A stretch of DNA of 51,893 bases, from IMG/VR virus record IMGVR_UViG_3300048836_000042, positions 1 to 51,893 of that record, one strand, 5' to 3'. This document shows positions 18,871-28,519 of this stretch, piece by piece. The number at the start of each line of letters is the position of its first letter. Within the stretch, counting starts at the first letter, position 1. Origin of the DNA: a virus (taxonomy: Duplodnaviria; Caudoviricetes). The translations under genes and the position numbers were made by a program. A model generated the notes under the pieces. It was not told the DNA's origin. It searched no databases and saw nothing but the letters and a program-made list of their open reading frames with translations.

Positions 18871-19061
18871 AAATCATTTAGTGTCGCCCATTCAAGAATA
18901 TCTGCGATAGCATCATTGACATTGGGATATTTCCTGACAAATTCTTGGGCAGCTTCTTCATTTAACCATTTGACGCCATGCTCCAGATCATTTTGTAAAG
19001 CAAATTCCAGGTTGTCAATCAAATCTGATAATGTCTTTGTATCTTGCAAAGGTGGGTTCAA
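18867..19061 (-). CDS. Hypothetical protein
   Basis: GAGG RBS, ATGA coupling to the polymerase gene. Confidence 0.55.
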   Translation of the reverse strand: MNPPLQDTKTLSDLIDNLEFALQNDLEHGVKWLNEEAAQEFVRKYPNVNDAIADILEWATLNDL

Positions 19062-19069
19062 TCATTACC

Positions 19070-19507
19070 TCAAACTTTGCACCATAATCTACGAATGTGA
19101 CCAACACTCACATTAAATTTAGCAGCAAGTATTTTACCCATACCATATTTGCGATTTGCTTTAATATAAGCAATATCGTCATCACTTAGGATGGCTCTTG
19201 GATTTTTAGTACCACGCCTATCATATCCTTTCCAACCAGTATTGTTGCCCGCTAGTTTGCGATCTCGCATATTATCATATCCATCCCCTAAATATAGGTG
19301 ATCTAAATTTACACAGGATGGATTATTACATCGGTGGAGCACCATTTTCCCATTCGGGATTTCTCCGTATTTAGCTTTATAAGCTTCACGATGAGCCCTA
19401 GCAGTTTTACCCTGTGAATTTTTACATAGGCCATATCCATCTTTATCTTTGCAAAATTTCCAAATTTTACAATCACTCAAATTTAATGATGTCTGCATAA
19501 CGTGCAA
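19070..19507 (-). CDS. Free-standing HNH endonuclease
   Basis: C..W...DKDGYG...AHR...VLHRCNNPSCVN.DHL..G...DNM.D; start probably TTG near 19480. Confidence 0.88.
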   Translation of the reverse strand: MHVMQTSLNLSDCKIWKFCKDKDGYGLCKNSQGKTARAHREAYKAKYGEIPNGKMVLHRCNNPSCVNLDHLYLGDGYDNMRDRKLAGNNTGWKGYDRRGTKNPRAILSDDDIAYIKANRKYGMGKILAAKFNVSVGHIRRLWCKV

Positions 19508-20726
19508 TCTCCGGTTTTATAATCGTTTCAAATCTGCCGTGACGTAGATCAGGAATACTGTCTTTGTCACCAAATAATTTGTTTTTACTGATATTAATAA
19601 ATCTTACGTATTCTTGGTTTTGGTCATGGGTTTTCCCAAGTCCAAGAATGAAGTCTGCTTCAGCTTGCTTGCTAGTCTTAGCATTGGCAACGTGCTCCAT
19701 AGTGAGGTAACGTACTCCTTCTGCGGTTCCGTCAGCTTGGCATACTCCGATGGCGGCATGTGAGTTTTTAGCCAACTCTCTAGCCCATTGATAAATTGCT
19801 CCAAGTCGAAGGTCATCTCGGTCAGCGGCGAATCCTCGGATCTTGTCGATTTGGTCGTAGACAACGAGTGCTGGTTGGTACTTCGCCACGATCTTTTCCA
19901 CATCGCCTTTTCCAATGATCGCCGAGTCAAAAAGTTTGAAATTCCCATTTGTTTCCTCGTTGAATTTCTCGTTGAAGTATCTAGCATTTGCCAGTAACTT
20001 ATCAAGCTCGATACCGAAGTATGCTTGATAGATACGAAGCATTACTTTCTTGCCGTCTTCCTCGTTGTTGAACCATACCGCAGGTCGTGTATTAGACATG
20101 AGCATCTGTGTAATCTCGCTTGCGAGGAAGGTAGTTTTGCCAGTTTCGGGTCTAGCGAATATAAATCCGAAATCGCCCTCTCTAAGCGAGCCAAGACTCT
20201 TGTTAAGACAGTCAAGTCGCCATCTGAGTCCTTGGTCTTTGTAGGATTGGTCAAGAATATCCTCTAAGTTGGTAGTTATTTCCGTTAATGAGTCTTCTTG
20301 CTGGGTATGATCGACCTTCTCGAACGCTTCAGTGTAGTAACTTTGGAGATCCTGCACTGTCTCGATGCCCTGGGCCACCTTATAAGCCTTCTCAGACAGC
20401 TTCAGAGCCCCGCTGCGCGTTTTAATCTCAAGCAGGATACCCTGCCCTACCTCCGGTGAAATGCGAAGCTCTGAGAGGCTTTCAAGCATTCCATCGTAGA
20501 TGGTCTTGTCTGCCGTAGGATACTTAACCCAGAAGTAGGCAGACAGTTCATCAATCGTTAAGTCATTGTCTGGGAATTTCTCATGTAATTCAAATAGAGA
20601 TGAATATAAATAACTTAATTCCCTATATGTTTCTTTGATATAATCTAAATTAACTAAGTCTTTATATTTACTATAGTTATCTTTAGATAACAATAATACT
20701 ATTAATTGTTTTTCAGGTATTACCAA
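19473..20726 (-). CDS. Replicative DnaB/T7 gp4-like helicase
   Basis: FARPETGKTT (Walker A), NNEE, VYDQ.DK, CQA, SKT.KQAEAD, KNK. Confidence 0.9.
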   Translation of the reverse strand: MVIPEKQLIVLLLSKDNYSKYKDLVNLDYIKETYRELSYLYSSLFELHEKFPDNDLTIDELSAYFWVKYPTADKTIYDGMLESLSELRISPEVGQGILLEIKTRSGALKLSEKAYKVAQGIETVQDLQSYYTEAFEKVDHTQQEDSLTEITTNLEDILDQSYKDQGLRWRLDCLNKSLGSLREGDFGFIFARPETGKTTFLASEITQMLMSNTRPAVWFNNEEDGKKVMLRIYQAYFGIELDKLLANARYFNEKFNEETNGNFKLFDSAIIGKGDVEKIVAKYQPALVVYDQIDKIRGFAADRDDLRLGAIYQWARELAKNSHAAIGVCQADGTAEGVRYLTMEHVANAKTSKQAEADFILGLGKTHDQNQEYVRFINISKNKLFGDKDSIPDLRHGRFETIIKPEIARYADIIKFE

Positions 20727-20826
20727 TATATTTCACCCTAAGAAATGACAAACCCCCCCTTACCCCCCGTTGTTTCTAAGCAACAGTTGGAATTACGTGT
20801 CAAGCACGAAAGCTAAAGAAGCCAAT

Positions 20827-20856
20827 AGTTTAGCACACTTTAGGTACTCTTGTCAA
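20827..20856 (-). promoter_or_regulatory. Sigma70-type promoter upstream of the helicase
   Basis: TTGACA-N18-TAAACT with TGTG extension. Confidence 0.6.
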
Positions 20857-20924
20857 GCTTTTTTTTCTTCTGAAGCTCTGGAGGGGGCTCCGGAGGGGCC
20901 ATTCCTAGGGGAGCACAACTCACA

Positions 20925-21605
20925 TTAGTTCTCCAGCATAGCTTTGTAGGACACAGGGAACAATGCCTCTAGATGGCTTTTAATGCCCTCTACAAGCTCA
21001 CGAGTCTCTTGTTGGGCATGGGGATCAAGGCGGAGCTTACAAACGCGACAGAAGGCCGCTAATGAGCCCGACCAAATCCACTCAGTCATGGTGTTTTGTG
21101 GCAGTACCATACGTGCTTGTTCCGGGGCAACGCCAGCATCAAGAAGATCATTATACACAAAACACATTTCTTGCACTTGAGTGCCTACTCGTGCGGAAAT
21201 CAACATATTAGGCTGGGCGTCATCCACTACTCCGCTACTGCCTTGTTTTGCATTCTCTGGCTTACCTCGCCACTCATTAGGGAACCAGAATTCTGGCTCG
21301 TCGTCAACATACCGTCTACTGACTTCATTCCACGCTAAACCGACCTGATGTTTCACTAACTGTCGTGCAACAAAGATAGGAGCTTTGATGCGGAAGCTCA
21401 GGAAAGCATGTGCAAACGGAGTCCAATGGTTGTGTCGTGCAAGATAATTGATTAACTTGCAGTCTTTTTCAGATAGTTCACCAATACTGTCCCGACTATA
21501 ATCCCAGTCGCTTTCTTTAGCAAAAGATACTCGGGCCGCGTTAACGACGCTAAGATCAGAACCCATGTGATCAACCAATTCCACCGACATTGGAGAGATT
21601 TTCAT
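20925..21605 (-). CDS. thyX: Flavin-dependent thymidylate synthase
   Basis: VVNAARVS, HWTPF, ARQLVKH...NEVSRRY, EQARMVLP, HAQ.E. Confidence 0.95.
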   Translation of the reverse strand: MKISPMSVELVDHMGSDLSVVNAARVSFAKESDWDYSRDSIGELSEKDCKLINYLARHNHWTPFAHAFLSFRIKAPIFVARQLVKHQVGLAWNEVSRRYVDDEPEFWFPNEWRGKPENAKQGSSGVVDDAQPNMLISARVGTQVQEMCFVYNDLLDAGVAPEQARMVLPQNTMTEWIWSGSLAAFCRVCKLRLDPHAQQETRELVEGIKSHLEALFPVSYKAMLEN

Positions 21606-22302
21606 TAATTTCCTTAAAGGTTAGAGATTTAGGATCTTTATCAGTAGAGATAATACTGACTGGATTATCAATAATACTCTCTAACTGTAATGCTTTCTTC
21701 TTTACGTTTAGTTCCTGGTCTTTATCCAACCATAGAACAACAGGTTTATTTGCTTGTCTCAGGTAATAGTAATGACAGGGATGAAAAGCAGTCCCGAATA
21801 AACAAATAGTGGTATTAATTTGACCTACTTTATGTAGTGATACTACATCTTCGACAACCACAATTCGATCGGATCGTTGATCTTCTCCGACAACTTCTGT
21901 GTGTCGGTGGCAGTCCCCCCAGACGTACCACTTTCGGGTGCGTCTGTCTGGTTCTCCCAGAAATCTTCCGATGGAAAAGGCCATCGGGGAACCGACCGTG
22001 AATACGAGTCGGTTGAAGGCTTCAGAATAGCCGGTATATTCTTTCCAGTAGGTGTATGGGAGTCCGTATTGTAGGAGCCATTCCCAGGCTTTTGCTGGGA
22101 CTTCTCTGGTGAAGTCAAAAGGTAACAGACTTTTTGCGACATCTGGCTTAGCCTCAATGCGTTGAAAGAATTTGGGGTATACATGGAATCCACAAGCAAA
22201 GCAGTGAGAATGCCCATTGCCATATACAACAAGGTTATCCCCCCGGCTATCTTTACCGTTTGCTACACATCGTGGACAAGACTCATAGTGATAATTAGCA
22301 AT
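21571..22302 (-). CDS. DNA primase (Zn ribbon + TOPRIM); probable ATT start
   Basis: Frame is open upstream of the tracked ATG: (M)ANYHYESCPRC...DNL..Y..GH.HCFACG, then VVVED, WLDKD, KDPK; AGGGG RBS, and TAA-T-ATT follows the upstream gene. Confidence 0.88.
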   Translation of the reverse strand: MANYHYESCPRCVANGKDSRGDNLVVYGNGHSHCFACGFHVYPKFFQRIEAKPDVAKSLLPFDFTREVPAKAWEWLLQYGLPYTYWKEYTGYSEAFNRLVFTVGSPMAFSIGRFLGEPDRRTRKWYVWGDCHRHTEVVGEDQRSDRIVVVEDVVSLHKVGQINTTICLFGTAFHPCHYYYLRQANKPVVLWLDKDQELNVKKKALQLESIIDNPVSIISTDKDPKSLTFKEINENLSNVGGIG

Positions 22303-22303
22303 A

Positions 22304-22567
22304 TTAATATCCCCTTTCCATCCTGCGTTCCCATGCCCCCATGGCCGCGTCGATGGAGGCGTCTAGTGATGGTGCGGGCGCGTGTTGCGTGCCGTCTGCC
22401 GCTAGGTAGTGGGTGGAGACAAACCGAGTGCCATCGGATGCTGTCCAGTGGGTTCCGTCTGTGCGCAAATCAAGGCTGCGGCGGGAGCGCAGCCACCGAT
22501 ACCGCTCCGCGTCCTCCCGCAGCGCATCGCGCTCGGCCCGCAGCGCCTGGTACTTGTCACTCATCAT
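22304..22567 (-). CDS. GC-rich hypothetical protein (DAERYRWLR...IDAAM motif)
   Basis: GAGGAGG RBS; this motif is typical of lambdoid ead/ea22-like genes. Confidence 0.7.
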   Translation of the reverse strand: MMSDKYQALRAERDALREDAERYRWLRSRRSLDLRTDGTHWTASDGTRFVSTHYLAADGTQHAPAPSLDASIDAAMGAWERRMERGY

Positions 22568-22847
22568 TAACCTCCTCAAATTCAAAGATCATAAGAACAT
22601 TCCTAGCGGGTTCGTGCCGATAATTCGTATTAATTGCCGGTGGAGAGATATACAGGAAATTAGCCCCCTTCTCCTTAAGAATACGTATGAAGTTCTCCCG
22701 GTGCTCATCTTGATTTAACCCGGAGATAGCAATGTATGTGTCACTAGTATTGGGTTTGAAGTCACTATTGAGCTGGTACTGGGTACCAGACTGCCGGGAA
22801 TACCAATATTGGACATACTGGTCCAGGCTACCATGACGCAGAGCCAT
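22557..22847 (-). CDS. Hypothetical protein
   Basis: Coupled ORF with AGGAAGGA RBS. Confidence 0.65.
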   Translation of the reverse strand: MALRHGSLDQYVQYWYSRQSGTQYQLNSDFKPNTSDTYIAISGLNQDEHRENFIRILKEKGANFLYISPPAINTNYRHEPARNVLMIFEFEEVNDE

Positions 22848-23215
22848 TACAATTCCTTCCTGATTGCTACCGTCAGAGGACCGTTCTTGGTATTAATGTG
22901 TTTATATTCGTTCTTGGGCGTGCGTGATCGTCCTCGTCCAACGTGTCCGGCGTATACCATGATACCCTTACCGGTAGTTACTTTGGTCTTCTCGCCGGTT
23001 TCCTCTACGTAATTCGCACCACAGCACGCAGCGAACATACTATATGCTCTCGTGTTATGCCACTCGTCTTCTTCGGGACCATACCGCCCTCGGCCCGTCA
23101 CATAATCATAACCGAGGAATGGCCGAAAAGGATGTGCCAGCTTACAGAGTATCTTCATCTTCATCCTCCCCATAGAAGAGATCATTGATATCCTCATCCT
23201 CTTCAAAATCATCAT
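22847..23215 (-). CDS. Hypothetical protein with CCG motif (start probably near 23160)
   Basis: Operon-direction ORF. Confidence 0.6.
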   Translation of the reverse strand: MMILKRMRISMISSMGRMKMKILCKLAHPFRPFLGYDYVTGRGRYGPEEDEWHNTRAYSMFAACCGANYVEETGEKTKVTTGKGIMVYAGHVGRGRSRTPKNEYKHINTKNGPLTVAIRKEL

Positions 23216-23369
23216 AAGAGGTGGTGTTCACCTTGTCCTTTGGTTCCACTGGCTGAATCGGAATGTCTTTAAGACATTTAACACAGATATCCAGATACTC
23301 CAGAGTGACAGGATGCTTTAGCACCGACTCATAGTCACTGAGGTTTCGATTACAGCATTGACAGCGCAT
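23142..23369 (-). CDS. Small Zn-finger protein with acidic tail
   Basis: MRCQCCN..L...LDICVKC. Confidence 0.7.
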   Translation of the reverse strand: MRCQCCNRNLSDYESVLKHPVTLEYLDICVKCLKDIPIQPVEPKDKVNTTSYDDFEEDEDINDLFYGEDEDEDTL

Positions 23370-23674
23370 TACAATCCCTTAATAAAAATTCCAACAAGAT
23401 TACCTGTTTTAGTGGAGGTAAAGGATTTTACTAATTCCCACTTGTTTTCTTCAAGAATACGAACTTGTGCGGTGTTACTTAGCTGTGCTGTGCATAAACA
23501 GATATCATACCCTAAATTTTCCGCTTCTACAAGTCTTTCTGCGTGAGCAACTCTCCCCAATCCTTTACCCCGTTGTCCCGAAGGAACAAAAACAGAATGA
23601 AACACTGCAACTTGGCTACATCCCGGAAGATTATCAATCTCACCAATGACATCCCCATGATTAAAGCGCATCAC
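23369..23674 (-). CDS. GNAT-family acetyltransferase-like protein
   Basis: VFV...QRGKGLG acetyl-CoA motif; N..QV.IL...W. Confidence 0.75.
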   Translation of the reverse strand: MMRFNHGDVIGEIDNLPGCSQVAVFHSVFVPSGQRGKGLGRVAHAERLVEAENLGYDICLCTAQLSNTAQVRILEENKWELVKSFTSTKTGNLVGIFIKGL

Positions 23675-24393
23675 TTACTCCTCAGATTATACATGTTAAT
23701 CAGTGCTTCTGCGTATTTTTCAAGCGTTGTACCCATGAGCCCCGGCCTCGAATTGACTTCCAGGACATAGCATTGATCCCGCTTCTCATTGTAGATGAGA
23801 TCCACAGCGCCATACTCATAGCCACATGCCGCAACTGCACGTATAGCCAGATCGGCAGCGCCATTAGGAGGATTAATCCCATCACGACAATAGACATAAC
23901 CATTGTTAACATTGCGAATACGAGTATCACGAGTGGACTCAAATCCGTGCTTCTTTCTTTTCTGCTGTACATCAATTACTTCTCCTCCGAAGACATGGAA
24001 GCGGTACTCTGATTTCTTGGGGATGTATTCCGTATACAGAGGTGCCATTGGTACGTCCACAATGCCCGGCTCAAACTGAACAATCCCCCGGCCATTCGTC
24101 GAGTTAACAAGGGTGCGTGCAAATACAGTTTTAGCAGAAAGATGCTCAATATCCGCAGCAGAAATGCAAAACTTAGGACAAGATACCGCTGCAAGTTGGA
24201 AGCGATGGAATTGTTCAACTTTATCCAGCGCCTGTTGAGTTACTTGGAAGAATGATCGACCTTGCTTTGCAGTTCGCCGCCGATAAACAGAATTAACTAC
24301 CCGCTCCTTGAGGGCGGATTGTAGTGCTTTGGCAAACTTACTACCAGGGGGGTTGACAACGATATAGAAGGGTTTGGTGTACATTAGTGGCAT
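23671..24393 (-). CDS. ATP-grasp ligase (RimK-like, phiEco32-type)
   Basis: DKVEQF, YIPKKSEYRFHV, YGAVD, VLEVNSRPG. Confidence 0.88.
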   Translation of the reverse strand: MPLMYTKPFYIVVNPPGSKFAKALQSALKERVVNSVYRRRTAKQGRSFFQVTQQALDKVEQFHRFQLAAVSCPKFCISAADIEHLSAKTVFARTLVNSTNGRGIVQFEPGIVDVPMAPLYTEYIPKKSEYRFHVFGGEVIDVQQKRKKHGFESTRDTRIRNVNNGYVYCRDGINPPNGAADLAIRAVAACGYEYGAVDLIYNEKRDQCYVLEVNSRPGLMGTTLEKYAEALINMYNLRSK

Positions 24394-25688
24394 TCAAGTT
24401 GTTTAACTTCCGTTGTGAGGACAGGAACAGGGTGCGTACAGAAGAGAGTCACTAGATTGTATTTCTCTCCCTCTGTTGGAGTAACTGTGTGGTGAACCAC
24501 TCCGCTTGTTGGTTCTACTTGATACAAGGAAACACTGGTGAAGTTCAAGGCTTCGATCTCCGTTACTCTTTGCAGCCGCAAATAGACTAGCGGGCTAGGC
24601 TTGCTGGGATCTGACGTAACCATAGAACCATACACAAGCCATTGTAGATTCTTTGGATCGTCATACAACTGCACATAGTCTGTGAACTCAACCAGAACTG
24701 TGTCGGGTTTGTTGACGCGGAACAGCTCCTTTATCTCGTCGGCTTCTGCGTCGCTTACCCGGAACTCCTCAAATTTATTTTCTATAATGTAATCGTATAG
24801 AGTCTTCTCGTTGTAGCTCCGGGTGGAATGCTCTACTGCTTGCCTAACCGTGTTAAGGTCCACTGGAGGACTGTAGTCATGGCGGTATGAGCCCGTTCCC
24901 ATGTACTGCCTGTAGTTTTGCCAGTGGGTGAGATCCTCGTCGTATTCTGTGCTGGCAGGAGCGTGTTGGTGCTGAAATTTATAGTCCAGCGGACCCACCT
25001 CGTATTTCCATTGACGCCCGTCAATTGTAAAGGTGTGCAGCTCACCCGGGGTAAGTAGCTGAACGTGGTCCTTAAGCTTCACCTTAGCCCTGCTTGCGGC
25101 ATAGAGGATCGTTTCACACTCGGATGCAAACAGATATCCGCCGTCCGTGGTCTCAACAATCCACAGGGGCCGCTCGTTATTCCGAATCAAGTGCAGTGAT
25201 TTCGTCTTGACATTATACCACACCAGAGCATAAGCGGCATTAATCTTTTGTAGAGCCTCCTCGATGTTGTCGTGGTCCGCAAGAACATGTGCAATTGCTT
25301 CGGAGTCCACCTCGACATCCTTATGGTGCTTATGGCTGCCGATATACGTGCCATTCTGCACCAGCACAATCTTGTCCTCTACCCAGAAAGGGTGGGCATT
25401 AGTGTCATTAACTGTGCCCCGAGTAGCAGCCCGGTTATGCCCCACCATGAACATCCCGGTAGACCAGCCCTTTCGCTCTAGGGCCTGGTATTCCCTATGC
25501 TGAATGAAATCAGGACCATGGATAGCAGCCTTGCGAATGTGCACATTGCTGTTGTTCTCCACAAGAAATACTCCGGTGCTGTCCCATCCACGCTGGGTAT
25601 CAAGAAACAGCATATCTTTGAACATCTTCTGCTCATTGGTGCTGAAACCATTCTGGAAACTAGCAACCATTCCAACGATGCCACACAT
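24384..25688 (-). CDS. Class II (Ntn) glutamine amidotransferase
   Basis: MCGIVG, RG.DSTG, GHNRAAT.G, NAHPF, NG, DSE, RN.ERPL. Confidence 0.92.
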   Translation of the reverse strand: MCGIVGMVASFQNGFSTNEQKMFKDMLFLDTQRGWDSTGVFLVENNSNVHIRKAAIHGPDFIQHREYQALERKGWSTGMFMVGHNRAATRGTVNDTNAHPFWVEDKIVLVQNGTYIGSHKHHKDVEVDSEAIAHVLADHDNIEEALQKINAAYALVWYNVKTKSLHLIRNNERPLWIVETTDGGYLFASECETILYAASRAKVKLKDHVQLLTPGELHTFTIDGRQWKYEVGPLDYKFQHQHAPASTEYDEDLTHWQNYRQYMGTGSYRHDYSPPVDLNTVRQAVEHSTRSYNEKTLYDYIIENKFEEFRVSDAEADEIKELFRVNKPDTVLVEFTDYVQLYDDPKNLQWLVYGSMVTSDPSKPSPLVYLRLQRVTEIEALNFTSVSLYQVEPTSGVVHHTVTPTEGEKYNLVTLFCTHPVPVLTTEVKQLECH

Positions 25689-26680
25689 TACAGCTCTACC
25701 TCCAAATTATTTACGATAGCTTGGTCATGGTCGAGGAAGTCGGCCGGTTCCGGCGCTGGCGGAACCACATCCTCGAACAGCTCGGGGTAATTTGCCCTAA
25801 GCTCATTAATCATCTGCGTGGTGCTTCTACTGACCTGCACCCCTGGTTTAATCTTGTTATTCAACAGGGCGTACTTCAGATTCAAGACACCGTTCTCCAT
25901 CAAAGCCGCCACATCTGCTCCTTGTAGGCATTCTGCATCTTCTCGGAAAACATCCCGCATGACACTAAAGTAGTGTGAGGTAGTGTTCAAGTCAATGAAA
26001 AGATTCTTCACCTGTTCAAAGGGAAGATTCCGGGCCAGATGAAAAATGTGCCCAATTAGACGGCACCACTCATAGATGAGTTCCTTGTTGTTGGTTCCGG
26101 GGAGATGCCGCCACTCAATGGTGCCCAGCGAAGTTACCGGAAGCAGGTTTAGGGCAGTGTATTTCTGCCAGTCATGGAACACTACGTCCTCCTTGTTTAG
26201 CATCTTCGTAATGGAGCGGTAATTCAATTGTGTTTCCGCCCAGGGAACACAGAAGATATTACGTCGCCGATCCATACCGGCATAGTTGAACAGCACCCCC
26301 TCAAACACCTGATAAATCATGCTAATAGAGGCTAGCTGTTCCACAGTCAGATCCTGCACATTGGTGTGGACATGGACTGAGCATCGCTCGCTGTAATTAG
26401 CGGGGCCCAACCAGTCATTGTGGGAAAAGAATGTGTCCAGAGCCCACACTAGGTTGCTGTAGGTCATGGGCTTCGTAATGAATTCCAATCCGCTATTGCG
26501 GAGAGAACCATCTTCCGTTACGTCTAGCCCCGGAGTCTGCATGTCGGGCCGGCAGCCCTCAATCTCAAGCTCGACTCCGTAGATAAGGGATGGGTCCGGG
26601 GGATTTCGCCGGGTCGCTTTGCTTGTTTTCCAGGGAGATACCGGCTTTAGCCCGTAGCGCATACAGATGGTGTCAGGCAT
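25688..26680 (-). CDS. Amidoligase (COOH-NH2 ligase family)
   Basis: GVELEIE, DGSLR..GLEF, RCSVHVH, KYTALNL, TIEWR. Confidence 0.88.
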   Translation of the reverse strand: MPDTICMRYGLKPVSPWKTSKATRRNPPDPSLIYGVELEIEGCRPDMQTPGLDVTEDGSLRNSGLEFITKPMTYSNLVWALDTFFSHNDWLGPANYSERCSVHVHTNVQDLTVEQLASISMIYQVFEGVLFNYAGMDRRRNIFCVPWAETQLNYRSITKMLNKEDVVFHDWQKYTALNLLPVTSLGTIEWRHLPGTNNKELIYEWCRLIGHIFHLARNLPFEQVKNLFIDLNTTSHYFSVMRDVFREDAECLQGADVAALMENGVLNLKYALLNNKIKPGVQVSRSTTQMINELRANYPELFEDVVPPAPEPADFLDHDQAIVNNLEVEL

Positions 26681-27317
26681 TCAGCTCCTCCACACGGTAC
26701 GGGAATCCGTTCCGATGAATAACATCATTAAGTTCCTGTGTAACTTTGAAAGAGGGGTCAATTGAGAGTACCCTCGTGGTGTGATCGACCGTGCCGATCT
26801 CTGTCGCATAGAAGTAGACCGCGCCCTGAGTCATTGCGAAGTGTTTAGACAAGGCAACTGTTGGAGCAGTGGGATCGACATCGGCATACTGGTACGTCTG
26901 GGGACTTCCAAAGATACCTGCAAGAAGCCGCAGAGACAATTTCTGTGGAATCAAACCGAGAGCAGTCAGCTTCTGGATACTGGTATTATTTCGGCTAATA
27001 CCCCTTTTCCACTGTCGTGCTGGAATTCGACTCATGTAGTATACCGAGGAATCCTCTCCGGTGAAGTATCCCCTGTCCACCTGAATAAACTCAAACATCA
27101 CATTAGAGTCAATGTTTGCGTGGAAGAGCATACCATCGTCATCCGTATTGAAGTACACAGCATCCCGGGTATTCTCCCGGATGTAGATCAGACGCTTTTG
27201 ATTATCCGATTTAATTAGGAACCCGTAGGTGTCCAGATAGCGAGGACCGAAGTCCCGCATGTTCTCGTGCGTGTATGTCTCAAGCATGTTGTGGCATAGG
27301 CAGTTGAAGTGACTCAA
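26673..27317 (-). CDS. Hypothetical protein within the ligase cluster
   Basis: Y..RIPARQWKRG motif; coupled on both sides. Confidence 0.7.
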   Translation of the reverse strand: MSHFNCLCHNMLETYTHENMRDFGPRYLDTYGFLIKSDNQKRLIYIRENTRDAVYFNTDDDGMLFHANIDSNVMFEFIQVDRGYFTGEDSSVYYMSRIPARQWKRGISRNNTSIQKLTALGLIPQKLSLRLLAGIFGSPQTYQYADVDPTAPTVALSKHFAMTQGAVYFYATEIGTVDHTTRVLSIDPSFKVTQELNDVIHRNGFPYRVEELNA

Positions 27318-28077
27318 TCAGCAGGCGGGCTCCCGCCTTGTCATTGTTGTTGATAACACCTTGAATATCGTCGGCAAGAACATCCACATTAATAGTCTTA
27401 TTATGCCATGCCTCCATAGCAGCGGAAGTTGCGTCCCAAATCCAGGCAGTCAACACAGGATCAAGCACCCAGAAGTTGGAAAGACTGCGGTACTCCACTC
27501 CATACGGTTTGATTCGGCAGGCGCCAGCTTTACCATACAGATTCTTACGCAGATCCCCCTCATCCAACAGGGTACTCGGTACACCGAGGAATAGATCAAG
27601 GTATTTAACAAAGTTAAAGGCTTGCTTACGGGACTTGAACTTGTGTCCAACGTGGACGTGTCCACCGCAGGTACGCAGTCGCCTATCCGTAGCAGCAGGT
27701 CGCGGATTAGCCTTACCGTCAAGCCAAGCATTGAAGTCTGGGTCACACCCGAACTGCATTGCGGCAGGATGCAGCAACTCCTGCATTGGGAAGGAAACAG
27801 CCGAGGTACTAGCGAACTTGTACCCTTTCTGCTGCACCATATCTGTCAGGTAGGACATCGCCCGATTAATGGTATTAACGAACTGCTCCTTGTCCTGGGA
27901 AGGGGGCACATTGTACTCCAGTGCCACGTTGTCCTCTTGCACAGCGAACCCATCCCCGATAGGGAGGGGCATCGGGTTGCTCTTGGAGCCTCCGATACGT
28001 CCACACGCTGCGATGTAAGCACCAGCAGCATCTTGCAGGAACAACTCGGGATCAGCACCAATTACGAATTTACGCAT
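27280..28077 (-). CDS. phiEco32-like COOH-NH2 ligase type 2
   Basis: IGADPELF, QEDNVALE, FGCDPDFNAW, RTCGGHVHVG, R..LYGKAG..R.KPYGVEYRSLSNFW. Confidence 0.92.
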   Translation of the reverse strand: MRKFVIGADPELFLQDAAGAYIAACGRIGGSKSNPMPLPIGDGFAVQEDNVALEYNVPPSQDKEQFVNTINRAMSYLTDMVQQKGYKFASTSAVSFPMQELLHPAAMQFGCDPDFNAWLDGKANPRPAATDRRLRTCGGHVHVGHKFKSRKQAFNFVKYLDLFLGVPSTLLDEGDLRKNLYGKAGACRIKPYGVEYRSLSNFWVLDPVLTAWIWDATSAAMEAWHNKTINVDVLADDIQGVINNNDKAGARLLIESLQLPMPQHA

Positions 28078-28078
28078 A

Positions 28079-28519
28079 TTAATCCTTGTAATGGAAAATG
28101 AACGCCTTCAAGCAATGGTAGACCTTGCGCTCTGGGTAGTTGCTATTCCCAGCCCAGTCTGTCTCAAACACCTTGTACTTCCAAAGATCAAACTCTTGCA
28201 TGAATCTCTTGAACGTAGCCTCTTGGATATTAGTGAGAATAAATATGTGTGTCTCGTTATCTTTCTTGGCATCCACATACGCGCTTTTGAAGCCGGCTTT
28301 ACTCATCGCCAGCAGGTCGTCATAGGTTTTTTTTCCCCCCGGATGTGTACGTTCGTATGCTTCCGTATAGGTTTCGCATAGCCTCTCAAAAGATTCGCAC
28401 CCGAATATCTTCCCACCATTAATCCGAGCATAGCTATCGTATTCCTCTTGAGTGGTGCAGTACCACCCTGCATCAGGAATAGTCCGAAGAGCATCAAAGT
28501 GACAGCTCTTAATCTTCAT
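28079..28519 (-). CDS. Hypothetical protein
   Basis: GGAG RBS, coupled. Confidence 0.65.
   Translation of the reverse strand: MKIKSCHFDALRTIPDAGWYCTTQEEYDSYARINGGKIFGCESFERLCETYTEAYERTHPGGKKTYDDLLAMSKAGFKSAYVDAKKDNETHIFILTNIQEATFKRFMQEFDLWKYKVFETDWAGNSNYPERKVYHCLKAFIFHYKD

Noticed and set aside
21843-22232. Frameshifted primase N-terminus (129-aa tracked ORF)
   Set aside because: The Zn ribbon is in the same frame as the TOPRIM domain, so no frameshift is needed
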